Positions 6,121-13,299 are shown, counted from the first letter of the stretch. The stretch is DNA of 32,000 nucleotides from an uncultured Nitrososphaerota archaeon (GCA_964480775.1 CAYZRF010000010.1:1-32000); one strand, 5' to 3'. Numbers and translations: made by a program. The notes: generated by a model not told the origin, from the letters alone.

Positions 6121-7617
6121 TTAGATATATCCTAAGAGCGCGAAGAACATGTAAAGAATCCATAGAATCACTAGAAACTTCCAAATCTGCTTAATTGCTC
6201 CTATAATGAATCCCGCGGCTGTTATCACTAGAAGTATTATGCCAATACCTATCAGCCAGCTTGGAAGGCCGCTTAGATCAGCGAGATAATCAGGAATAAG
6301 CCATAAGTACGATGTATATTTTGATATTGTGCTAGAACTGATTACAAAGACGTATCTGCTTGTTGAAGATTCTAAGTGCGTTCCATCGCCTAAGAACTTT
6401 GCAACTAATTTCTTTGCACCTGTTGTCGTATCTTCTGGAACCTCAAGGGTTTTAGTGTATTTTCCTGTGCTATCGGTCTTTACAGCATAATCAACTCCAA
6501 GCCAGGATATGACAACAGTCCTGTTTGCAAGTGCAGATCCATCGACAAGCTTCAAATAGCCCGTTATTGTAAATGATTTGCCTGGGTTCACTTCTAAGGG
6601 GGATGATGTTATTGTTATCTTTGTTTCGATTATTAAGCCTACCGTGAATGCCCTCTCCTCCAAAAGACTGCTCGATAAACCGTCTTCCTTTGCCAGCACC
6701 GTGATGTTGTAATAACCTTCATTTGCATCTGGCTGGGGTGTAAAATAGTATTCGAAAAGCCCTGTTCCGCTGTTATATACCATAGTTGCGTTTTCTACAA
6801 CGTTTGCACCCTTAGGATCCGTTATGTTAATTTTAACGCTTGTTGAGCTTGGAGATCCGCATGTTATGTTAGCTTCTATTTTAACAGTTTCCCCTATCTC
6901 TATGCTCGTAGGAGAAACGCTTATTTCGTTGATAACAGGAGCATCTGAATAAGTTATGTAGAAATAATCTACCCAGTGATAATAATTTTGATCTGAGCCG
7001 CTGCCGCTTGTATATATCTCAATTTTGTCGAAATTATGCGTTTCCGTGACAGATTTTGTTGCATCGGCATCTCCAGATATCTGAACCGTTAGGCTGTCAC
7101 CCTTCCTGGTAATGTTGCAAACAAAAAGGCCGTCTGAAGGGGCTGCTATGTTTGTTTTTGTTCCGTTCTGATCGATGGTATATTGCCCGAACCCAGATGT
7201 GGATTCATCGATATAGCCTATTCTTAGTTCATAGTTATTTTCCGTATCCTTCAGCTTAACGACCAGCATTGACCAGTAACTACTTGTTAGCTTTACTTTT
7301 CCCTTGAACTCTATTGAGAAGTCTCCTGTCAGATTTTTAACGCCTGTTTCTGTTTTGTTTAGTTCGCATTCAACGTACCCGCTGTTTGTTTGCGTAATGT
7401 TCATGCTCAAATGTGTTCCGTTCACTCCAGCAACAGAACTTGCTCCCAATGAAACAATCCAAGATGGGCCAATCTCTGTTCTGTCGAAATCATCCTTCCA
7501 TGTTCGCTTGAGAGCTAAAGTAGGCATTAGGGGGCTTACTAATACCAGGGCGATAATGCCTAAACTGACGATATACTTTTTACTCAGGGCTCTCACCCTA
7601 TGCTTATTTCTAATCAA
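6121..7617 (-). CDS. Secreted, membrane-anchored adhesin-like protein: lectin/LamG-like beta-sandwich, Ig-like domain, and CarboxypepD_reg-like domain.
   Basis: N-terminal TM/signal segment. RTWKDDFDRTEIGPSW followed by a beta-rich domain. INEISVSPTSIEIGETVKIEANITC is Ig/CARDB-like. GYLKLVDGSALANRTVVISW...VKTDSTGKYTKTLEV fits the carboxypeptidase-regulatory-like pattern. Two C-terminal TM segments and about 11 N-x-S/T sequons. The start is uncertain (TTG 7617 or GTG 7596). Confidence 0.8.
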   Translation of the reverse strand: MIRNKHRVRALSKKYIVSLGIIALVLVSPLMPTLALKRTWKDDFDRTEIGPSWIVSLGASSVAGVNGTHLSMNITQTNSGYVECELNKTETGVKNLTGDFSIEFKGKVKLTSSYWSMLVVKLKDTENNYELRIGYIDESTSGFGQYTIDQNGTKTNIAAPSDGLFVCNITRKGDSLTVQISGDADATKSVTETHNFDKIEIYTSGSGSDQNYYHWVDYFYITYSDAPVINEISVSPTSIEIGETVKIEANITCGSPSSTSVKINITDPKGANVVENATMVYNSGTGLFEYYFTPQPDANEGYYNITVLAKEDGLSSSLLEERAFTVGLIIETKITITSSPLEVNPGKSFTITGYLKLVDGSALANRTVVISWLGVDYAVKTDSTGKYTKTLEVPEDTTTGAKKLVAKFLGDGTHLESSTSRYVFVISSSTISKYTSYLWLIPDYLADLSGLPSWLIGIGIILLVITAAGFIIGAIKQIWKFLVILWILYMFFALLGYI

Positions 7618-7848
7618 TTATCTATTTAAGAACATAATTCTCCTTCATTTTTTGCATATTTAGGTGTATTATAACAACACAACAGGCAAAAGCTCTTACC
7701 TGCCTAAGTTTTGGTAAAACAAGCTTGCCCTTTTTGCTCAAGGTTTGGGTTTTGCATGTTAAAGTGTCCTGAATAAGGGGTTTGACTCTATGAAGCTTGC
7801 TCTTTTGCATGTTGTAGTTTAAAAAATCATTTTACCATGCAATAACGT
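7618..7848. promoter_or_regulatory. Control region between the surface-protein operon and the divergent wHTH gene.
   Basis: AT-rich. TATA-like tttaaaaaa at 7818-7826, 23-31 nt upstream of the ATG at 7849. TATA-like ttataata on the minus strand at 7667-7674. The 11-mer TTTTGCATGTT occurs at 7750-7760 and 7803-7813, with a 1-mismatch copy at 7650-7660. Confidence 0.45.
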
Positions 7849-8196
7849 ATGCCAAAGACATTTGGCTTAATTAAGATCCATCGTGATACCAGGATAATCG
7901 AACCTCAGGACTTTCTGGATCTCATTTTCCCAAGAAAAGCCCATTATGCCCACTACGCTGCCCAATTGTTGCCTTTAATTGCAAAGGGGCAGGTAAACAG
8001 AGATAGCTATAAATGGCTGCCAGAACAACTTGGGATCTCAAAAAGGACATACTATTATGTTCTGCAAAGGTTAATGGCTTTAGGGCTTGTTATCAAGGAA
8101 AATAACGTTTACAAATTGAGCAAGAGATTTGCTAAAAACATGCAAAGGCTTGCAGAGTTCTGGGAAGCTTGGGCAGAGAGATTGGGGGCAGAATAA
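7849..8196 (+). CDS. Winged-helix transcription regulator (115 aa).
   Basis: LGISKRTYYYVLQRLMALGLVIKENNVYKL is a typical HTH plus wing. It is the only plus-strand gene in the core of the element. A T6 tract follows at 8209-8214. Confidence 0.7.
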   Translation: MPKTFGLIKIHRDTRIIEPQDFLDLIFPRKAHYAHYAAQLLPLIAKGQVNRDSYKWLPEQLGISKRTYYYVLQRLMALGLVIKENNVYKLSKRFAKNMQRLAEFWEAWAERLGAE

Positions 8197-8208
8197 ACCC
8201 TTTCCCTC

Positions 8209-8214
8209 TTTTTT
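8209..8214 (+). terminator. Oligo-T tract downstream of the wHTH gene.
   Basis: TTTTTT lies 13 nt after the stop. Archaeal termination typically uses oligo-T. Confidence 0.3.
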
Positions 8215-8321
8215 GCAAGTTATTAAAATTCCACTTACTCGAGAGGAGTTCCTTAATAACTTCCTGGTAATGGCCAGGATATAGGCCAGGTTATGAGGAT
8301 CCAAATAAGGCAGGTAATAAT

Positions 8322-8327
8322 AAAAAA
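8322..8327 (-). terminator. Oligo-T tract (minus strand) downstream of the 11335->8333 operon.
   Basis: AAAAAA on the plus strand, just after the stop at 8333. Confidence 0.3.
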
Positions 8328-8332
8328 GAGGG

Positions 8333-8614
8333 TTAAAGCAGGCTTGTTTTAAGCTCTGCAATTGCCTTTTTTCTCAGATCCTCTTTTAATTTCCTTTTAG
8401 CCCTTGTTATGCTCTCAAAAGCTGGCATTATCTTCAAGCTGCTGATTGGGATTTTTAGGATCCATGTGAACCCATCGAATTCAACAGTAACGCAGAATTG
8501 GTTCTGGAATCTTCTTAGCACCTTAAACATTAGTTCCCAATCGTTTGCAACGTGCTCTGTTTCATAGATCTCCTTAATCATTTCTTCAAGGGTTTTGGGC
8601 ATAAACAACCCCAA
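8333..8614 (-). CDS. Hypothetical protein (93 aa; possibly starts at the ATG at 8602).
   Basis: ORF at the end of the co-directional operon. No recognisable motif. Confidence 0.5.
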   Translation of the reverse strand: MGLFMPKTLEEMIKEIYETEHVANDWELMFKVLRRFQNQFCVTVEFDGFTWILKIPISSLKIMPAFESITRAKRKLKEDLRKKAIAELKTSLL

Positions 8615-9023
8615 CCCTGCTTAAATACCTGCAAAATGCGATTACCTTAGAGCTAAGCCTTGATCTGCTTTGTCTTCCTGTTCTGCTTATGTTTAGGATG
8701 TGGTTGAGCATTTCGCAAGCTCTTGGATCTATTATTTTGTAGCTTCCAGGTTTGAAGTTGTTGAATTGCAGCAGCTTGTAGGCAAGGAAATAGGCAGGGG
8801 CACCAGGCTTGGGTATTGGATCACGCAATCGTTTGCCATTTAGGAATACATGATAAGTGAATCCGTCCTTTTTTATTTCAACTTCAAAGATTTCAGCCCT
8901 ATCAGGATCAAATGGTGCATAAAAAGGGCATAGGTAGCTGCTGCATTTATTGCCTCTGATTAGGCAGCTTCTGGATCTCCAAAGGCATGTTACGCATCCT
9001 CTAAGTTCAAGCTTCAATGTCAT
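8586..9023 (-). CDS. Cys-rich hypothetical protein (145 aa).
   Basis: N-terminal cluster C-x2-C-x6-C-x7-C-x4-C (GCVTCLWRSRSCLIRGNKCSSYLC). ATGA overlap with the upstream gene. Confidence 0.55.
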   Translation of the reverse strand: MTLKLELRGCVTCLWRSRSCLIRGNKCSSYLCPFYAPFDPDRAEIFEVEIKKDGFTYHVFLNGKRLRDPIPKPGAPAYFLAYKLLQFNNFKPGSYKIIDPRACEMLNHILNISRTGRQSRSRLSSKVIAFCRYLSRVGVVYAQNP

Positions 9024-9244
9024 ATAGAATCCCTCAATTTCCTTGCAATAACAAGAAACGGAGTTCCTCCTATCTCAAAGCATCCAAGCTCTAAGGTTTG
9101 GTTCTCAAATGGGCAATCTTCCTGGCTGCAAGTGAAGTAATAGCCCCCTTCAAGCTCTACAATGCCAGAAACGTTGATCTTTCCGCATTTATCAAAGCAA
9201 AAGTCAATGTCCTTTTTCCTTCCTATTATAAACAGTTTCTTCAA
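9020..9244 (-). CDS. Small Cys-containing, zinc-ribbon-like protein. 74 aa from the TTG at 9244; the ORF track extends it to 9370.
   Basis: CFDKCGK...CSQEDCPF. The TTG at 9244 overlaps the stop of the upstream 292-aa gene as TTGA. The longer version would overlap that gene by 130 nt. Confidence 0.45.
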   Translation of the reverse strand: MKKLFIIGRKKDIDFCFDKCGKINVSGIVELEGGYYFTCSQEDCPFENQTLELGCFEIGGTPFLVIARKLRDSI

Positions 9245-10119
9245 GATCCTGCCCCCCTCAAAGCAGAGATTATCAGCTTGTTTTGCTCCAAGATCCAACG
9301 TTGCTGCTGCAAGAATTCCCTTTGCTGATCCAAGAGCATCTGAAACTGTTTCATGAACAAGGCAAGCCATTGGGCTGTGTTGTAAACGCCAACGCCCCCA
9401 ATTAGCATGGTCATAACGCTGCCAGCATCCAAAACTGTGTTTGGCTGTATTTCTTCCCTTAGAACATTATCAGATTTCTGATAAACCCTTTTTAGTGCGT
9501 TATCAAAGGATTCAACAGTTATTGATTTAACCCCATCAAGCTGCAAGCCAAAATGATCGTTGTTCAAGTGAATCCTGCTTATCTTGATCTCGTCATCCTG
9601 GGGCTCAATTCCTAATGTATGGTAGATTTCACGCTTGAAGAGCCCAATGATAAGACTAAAACCATCATAATCAAGCCCCTGATCTGCATTGACAAAGGCA
9701 GAAACCTTGCCATGTTTTCTGCCAAACCTTATCTGCATTGTAATGTTCCCAAAAGCAAGATTTATGGTTCTGCTTAGATAGGGCTTGGTTCTGCCCTTTA
9801 TCTCGTAGATTAATATGAGATCATGAACCTTAGGCTTGATGGGCTCTGGATGCCATTGCTGCTGAGGATCCAACCCCACTCCCTGGGTTTGGATATTTGC
9901 AGCATATAGCCCCCTGGAAATTCGCTTAATGAATCCTGCCTTAGATAGTTTTTGGGCATATTTTCTTGCTGTATGATATGACAGCCTTGCTTTTTCAGAG
10001 ATCTCCTTAATGCTTAAGGGCTCTTTTGATGCTCTTAGTATTGATATGATCTTCTGCTGTCCTGGTGTAAGTGTTGATACTGGAGATGTTTGGATATATC
10101 CAATTGGAGATTTGGGCAT
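9241..10119 (-). CDS. wHTH-containing protein with an unknown C-terminal domain of about 200 aa (candidate replication or regulatory protein).
   Basis: N-terminus QQKIISILRASKEPLSIKEISEKARLSYHTARKYAQKLSKAGFIKRISRGLY is wHTH-like. The rest is unrecognised, and the C-terminus is Q-rich and helical. Confidence 0.75.
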   Translation of the reverse strand: MPKSPIGYIQTSPVSTLTPGQQKIISILRASKEPLSIKEISEKARLSYHTARKYAQKLSKAGFIKRISRGLYAANIQTQGVGLDPQQQWHPEPIKPKVHDLILIYEIKGRTKPYLSRTINLAFGNITMQIRFGRKHGKVSAFVNADQGLDYDGFSLIIGLFKREIYHTLGIEPQDDEIKISRIHLNNDHFGLQLDGVKSITVESFDNALKRVYQKSDNVLREEIQPNTVLDAGSVMTMLIGGVGVYNTAQWLALFMKQFQMLLDQQREFLQQQRWILEQNKLIISALRGAGS

Positions 10120-10434
10120 TTAGGGCTCCCTTGCCCCTGATTCAGCTTGAGCTTGGTGTATTTTCAGAACCTTAAGCCCTGCTGGGGTTATGATGTAGTA
10201 AGCCTTTTGTCCCTCTTTGAATTTCGATAAAAGCCCAAGTTTGACAAGTTTCTCTGCAATATACCTTATCCGCTCATAGTAAAGCCTGTTGTCTTTTTCA
10301 AATAGTTCTTGCTTTATCTCTGAGATCCTGGCGTTGTCTCTGGCTGCAATGCTCTCAAGAACCATGAAATAGAGTTCTCTGCCCATGAAGTTGTTGATTG
10401 TGTAAAAAAGGGTTAGGGGGTTGGGCTCTGGCAT
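10120..10434 (-). CDS. Small winged-helix regulator (PadR/MarR-like fold, 104 aa).
   Basis: ISEIKQELFEKDNRLYYERIRYIAEKLVKLGLLSKFKEGQKAYYIITPAGLKVL. Confidence 0.7.
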   Translation of the reverse strand: MPEPNPLTLFYTINNFMGRELYFMVLESIAARDNARISEIKQELFEKDNRLYYERIRYIAEKLVKLGLLSKFKEGQKAYYIITPAGLKVLKIHQAQAESGAREP

Positions 10435-10652
10435 TAGATCACCTTTTTTGGCTCTAACTCAATGTTTAGAGCATATGCAAGCTTCCTCAGAAGTTCTCTC
10501 GCTTGGTTCTTATCGAGTCTTATTGTAGCATAGTTAGAACCCACATCAAAGCATAATTCTAGTTCTCCGCTCATCTGATGATGAATTTGAATGTCGATAG
10601 ATAGCCATTGAAGCTCTAAATATACTGTATATCTTGGTAAAACGGTCATCAT
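10434..10652 (-). CDS. Hypothetical protein (72 aa).
   Basis: ORF coupled to the downstream gene by a 1-nt TAATG overlap. Confidence 0.5.
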   Translation of the reverse strand: MMTVLPRYTVYLELQWLSIDIQIHHQMSGELELCFDVGSNYATIRLDKNQARELLRKLAYALNIELEPKKVI

Positions 10653-10660
10653 TTGCCCCC

Positions 10661-11335
10661 CTACATGTAAACAGTAAGCTGTGGTGCTCTCTTTGCTCTC
10701 TTTGGCATGTAATGGTTCTTTTTGTAATCTTTTATCTGCTGAGCCGCTTTTTCTGGCTCCTTTGATTCTCCAACGCCATTGATGGGCAATTCCAGCCTTG
10801 CAACCGATCTTGTGAATGGTGCAAAAACCCTGATGGGTTCAATTGGGCAGTAATCCCCTTGCAGGAAGATCTTGGGATTTATGCCGTGCTTAAGGCAGAT
10901 CTGTTCATATTTCTCAAGACATTCCTGCAATGAGTTGGTTACAGTTGTTGATGAAGCTATTGAGTAGGAGCCGCATTTCCTGCTTACTCCTAAGCCCTCA
11001 GAACCCCCTTTTGTGTAATCCTCATGGTGAACAACATCAAGCTGGCTTAGGAATTTGTCCCTGAGCTCATCAGGCAATTGGTAGTTTACCTTATCAATCG
11101 TGAAATAGCCAAAAACAAGAGCCTCTTGCTCTGTGCAATCCTCTTTTAAGCCCTCAAAGAACGCCAAAAAGATTTTTTCGCCCCATTTCATACTTTTGGC
11201 AATCTTGATGGGGATTGCCCTGCTTACGCCATATTTCCTTGCTTCTGTCTCAAAGGTCTTCCTTGTGTAAAGCCCTTTGCCGATATAATGCAGCCATTGG
11301 CCATTTTCCTGAATAGATTCTTGCCCCTGAGCCAT
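10661..11335 (-). CDS. Hypothetical protein (224 aa), first clear gene of the 11335->8333 operon.
   Basis: Long ORF with no motif I recognise. An AT-rich putative promoter region lies upstream (11390-11500). Confidence 0.7.
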   Translation of the reverse strand: MAQGQESIQENGQWLHYIGKGLYTRKTFETEARKYGVSRAIPIKIAKSMKWGEKIFLAFFEGLKEDCTEQEALVFGYFTIDKVNYQLPDELRDKFLSQLDVVHHEDYTKGGSEGLGVSRKCGSYSIASSTTVTNSLQECLEKYEQICLKHGINPKIFLQGDYCPIEPIRVFAPFTRSVARLELPINGVGESKEPEKAAQQIKDYKKNHYMPKRAKRAPQLTVYM

Positions 11336-11664
11336 GTTTTATGCCCCCCTGAAAAAGTTTCCAAAGGCAGGGCTTGGGTTGCTGATTTTAGTTTTGCAAA
11401 GTATTCTGGCTAAAATAGTTATTTTACTGTGTTTTTTCGCCAAATCTGTGATTTCACGCCTCCTTTCATTAGTTATAATATTAGTGATTACGGCTTTTTC
11501 AGCTTGAATGGAACTTCTACGATACACGTACAATCGTAGAGCTTGCACATCTTGCCCCTGTGAGTCTTAGTTAGTGGAACGAGGAATTCTCTCCCTCTTT
11601 TCCTGTAAACCGCTGCTATAACTCTTCCTTCTACTCTATCTCCTGGGTTCCTTCCAATCAATCT

Positions 11665-11991
11665 CTACACCTCTGGTTCTACAACTCCCTTTTCCACAAG
11701 TTTCTCTAAGGCTTCGAGAACCTTGAAGTAGGGAATTCCTAGCTCTACGCAAATGTCGGAGGGATATGCTCTTCCTTTATCCTTGAGATAAGATATTATC
11801 TGCTTGTAGATTTCTTCATCACTTAGATCTACGGCCTCTATCACTTCAATCTCCTCTAATTTCTCCCGAACTGCCTCTCTTATGAACTCAGCCTCATTGT
11901 TGTAAAGCCCAGTCTTCTTAACTACTTCACTTATCCTCTCCCAGAGACCTAGCGGGATTGCTACGCTCTTGTACTTCGCCTTTGCCCTCAT
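11665..11991 (-). CDS. Ribbon-helix-helix (CopG-like) plus C-terminal winged-helix regulator.
   Basis: YKSVAIPLGLWERISEVVKKTGLYNNEAEFIREAVREKL fits RHH. The C-terminus IISYLKDKGRAYPSDICVELGIPYFKVLEALEKLVEKGVV fits wHTH. Glu/Lys-rich, host-like composition. Confidence 0.8.
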   Translation of the reverse strand: MRAKAKYKSVAIPLGLWERISEVVKKTGLYNNEAEFIREAVREKLEEIEVIEAVDLSDEEIYKQIISYLKDKGRAYPSDICVELGIPYFKVLEALEKLVEKGVVEPEV

Positions 11992-12004
11992 CTGGAATCA
12001 TATC

Positions 12005-12020
12005 TTATAACATGTTATAA
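12005..12020. promoter_or_regulatory. Perfect 16-bp palindrome TTATAACATGTTATAA overlapping the TATA region of the RHH-wHTH gene.
   Basis: Read directly from the sequence. It lies 14-29 nt upstream of the ATG at 11991, and each half-site is itself TATA-like (TTATAA). Confidence 0.5.
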
Positions 12021-12187
12021 TATTTTGCAACAAATCTATTCTTCGATAATGCTTCGACTTTCTCTATTCATCTGTTCCTACGTTAAGATAGTCAACTCTC
12101 CATTAATTGTGTGAGAAAGATGCATTACATAGCAAGCTGCCGACTTTAGTTCTCTTTAATATCATCCTTTGCTATTAATTGAAGTTA

Positions 12188-13171
12188 ATGAACTCTAAAC
12201 TCAAAGGCAATAGAAAACCAGCTTTAATTCTCTTCTTCCTATCACCCGCAATAGCTGAGTTGCTCTCTGGTTCCGCTCCTCCTGCTGAGTTCTTCAACCT
12301 ACTTGGATTTCTGCTAATAGTCTCCCTATACGGCAGCGGCTGTTTGATCATGAGGGAGCTCACAATAAGGTGGAGGAAGTCCGTTTGCACTCTTGTTTTG
12401 TTAGGATCGGCTTATGGCGTGATAGAAGAGGGTCTCATGGTGAAAAGCTTTTTTGACCCAAATTGGCTTGATCTCGGCATTCTAGGTCAGTTCGGGAGGC
12501 AGTGGGGGATTAATTGGATCTGGGCTGAGATGTTAACGATCTATCACGCGATTTTTAGCATAGCAATTCCAGTACTGCTTGTTGAGCTTGCATTTCCAGA
12601 AAGAAGAGAAGAACCTTGGATAAGTAAGAAAACATTTAAGCTCCTCTTGATACTGCTCGGAACGGTTGTCCTCATTGGCTTCCTCTTCTTGACCCCTTAC
12701 AGGCCTCCACCAGCCCAGTACTTCTCTTCAATCATTCTGACAGTAGTGCTTCTTTACATTGCCAAGAGGATGCCCGTAACTTGCGGAAGGAAGGGTGCTC
12801 AAGAACTCAAAAGGCCTGTTTTTTACTTCATCATCGGAGTCTTTTGGAGCGCTGCCTTTTTCCTCACTTTCATGGCTCTTCCCTACTTTGTCGAGGATCC
12901 GTTTACTGTTGCCCTGCTCGGAGCCCTGCTATCTTTTGGAATTGCAACCTACTTGATGAGGTTCGATTGGAAGAACTCAGATTTGCACAAGCTTTCGCTG
13001 GCTGCAGGAGCCCTTTCATTCCTAATACTTCTGGCTTTTCTGCAGGAATTGGACAAAAACAGACCAGACAATACATCTGGCATGTCTCTGGTTGCTATCT
13101 TTGCCATAATTGGGTTGGTGTTGCTGAGAAGGAGGGTAAAAAGGCTATCAGCAGAAAGAAGAGGTGTCTAA
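12188..13171 (+). CDS. Polytopic membrane protein of unknown function.
   Basis: About 8 hydrophobic segments. ATG at 12188; the ORF track starts at the TTG at 12179. Confidence 0.75.
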   Translation: MNSKLKGNRKPALILFFLSPAIAELLSGSAPPAEFFNLLGFLLIVSLYGSGCLIMRELTIRWRKSVCTLVLLGSAYGVIEEGLMVKSFFDPNWLDLGILGQFGRQWGINWIWAEMLTIYHAIFSIAIPVLLVELAFPERREEPWISKKTFKLLLILLGTVVLIGFLFLTPYRPPPAQYFSSIILTVVLLYIAKRMPVTCGRKGAQELKRPVFYFIIGVFWSAAFFLTFMALPYFVEDPFTVALLGALLSFGIATYLMRFDWKNSDLHKLSLAAGALSFLILLAFLQELDKNRPDNTSGMSLVAIFAIIGLVLLRRRVKRLSAERRGV

Positions 13172-13299
13172 ACCAAAGTTTTCATATTTTGAGTTATTCT
13201 GAAACTTTGACTCGTAGTGTATAATCTCAGTGAAGCAAGCATATACTCTATTGTTTTTCCTTTCTCATCCGTCATCCATGTAATCTAGTGAAGTTTGGG

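Larger units (their letters stand above)
1..11600. mobile_element. Putative integrated virus-like or plasmid-like element (foreign block). Right edge is approximate (11.55-11.66 kb); left edge is unresolved and may lie beyond the window start.
   Basis: Almost all ORFs here are unrecognisable. Two minus-strand operons have 1-4 nt stop/start overlaps. Proteins are Gln-rich, unlike the Glu/Lys/Ile-rich proteins from 11665 onward. Content is surface proteins, a Zot-like NTPase, and five or more HTH/RHH proteins. No integrase, tRNA or att was seen, so integration is inferred only from the composition and content switch. Confidence 0.55.

Noticed and set aside
7622-7810. 62-aa minus-strand ORF (MQKSKLHRV...) just upstream of the 498-aa gene.
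   Set aside because: It is very basic and low in complexity, and it spans the AT-rich region containing TATA-like boxes and the repeated 11-mer. Its ATG is only about 8 nt from the nearest TATA-like box. I kept the region as regulatory, but a real leader peptide cannot be excluded.
7304-9356. ORFs 7304-7663 (+), 8080-8361 (-), 9098-9328 (+) and 9162-9356 (+).
   Set aside because: They overlap better-supported genes on the opposite strand and carry no motifs.
429-10427. Shared 12-mer GGGGGTTGGGCT at 429-440 and 10416-10427, considered as possible att or terminal repeats.
   Set aside because: Pairs of identical 12-mers are expected by chance in 32 kb. The second copy lies inside a coding region.
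11339-11548. 69-aa GTG-initiated minus-strand ORF upstream of the 224-aa gene.
   Set aside because: The region is AT-rich and promoter-like, and I saw no motif or SD site. The only support is the 3-nt spacing to the next gene. I treat it as doubtful rather than annotating it.
11549-11664. Searched the putative element/host junction, and all other intergenic regions, for a tRNA gene or fragment, T-loop (GGTTCRAATCC) or att direct repeat.
   Set aside because: Nothing tRNA-like was found on either strand. No repeat of this junction sequence was found in 272-535.
12175-13224. ORFs 12175-12390 (-) and 12781-13224 (+, alternative frame).
   Set aside because: Shadow ORFs of the polytopic membrane protein gene at 12188-13171.
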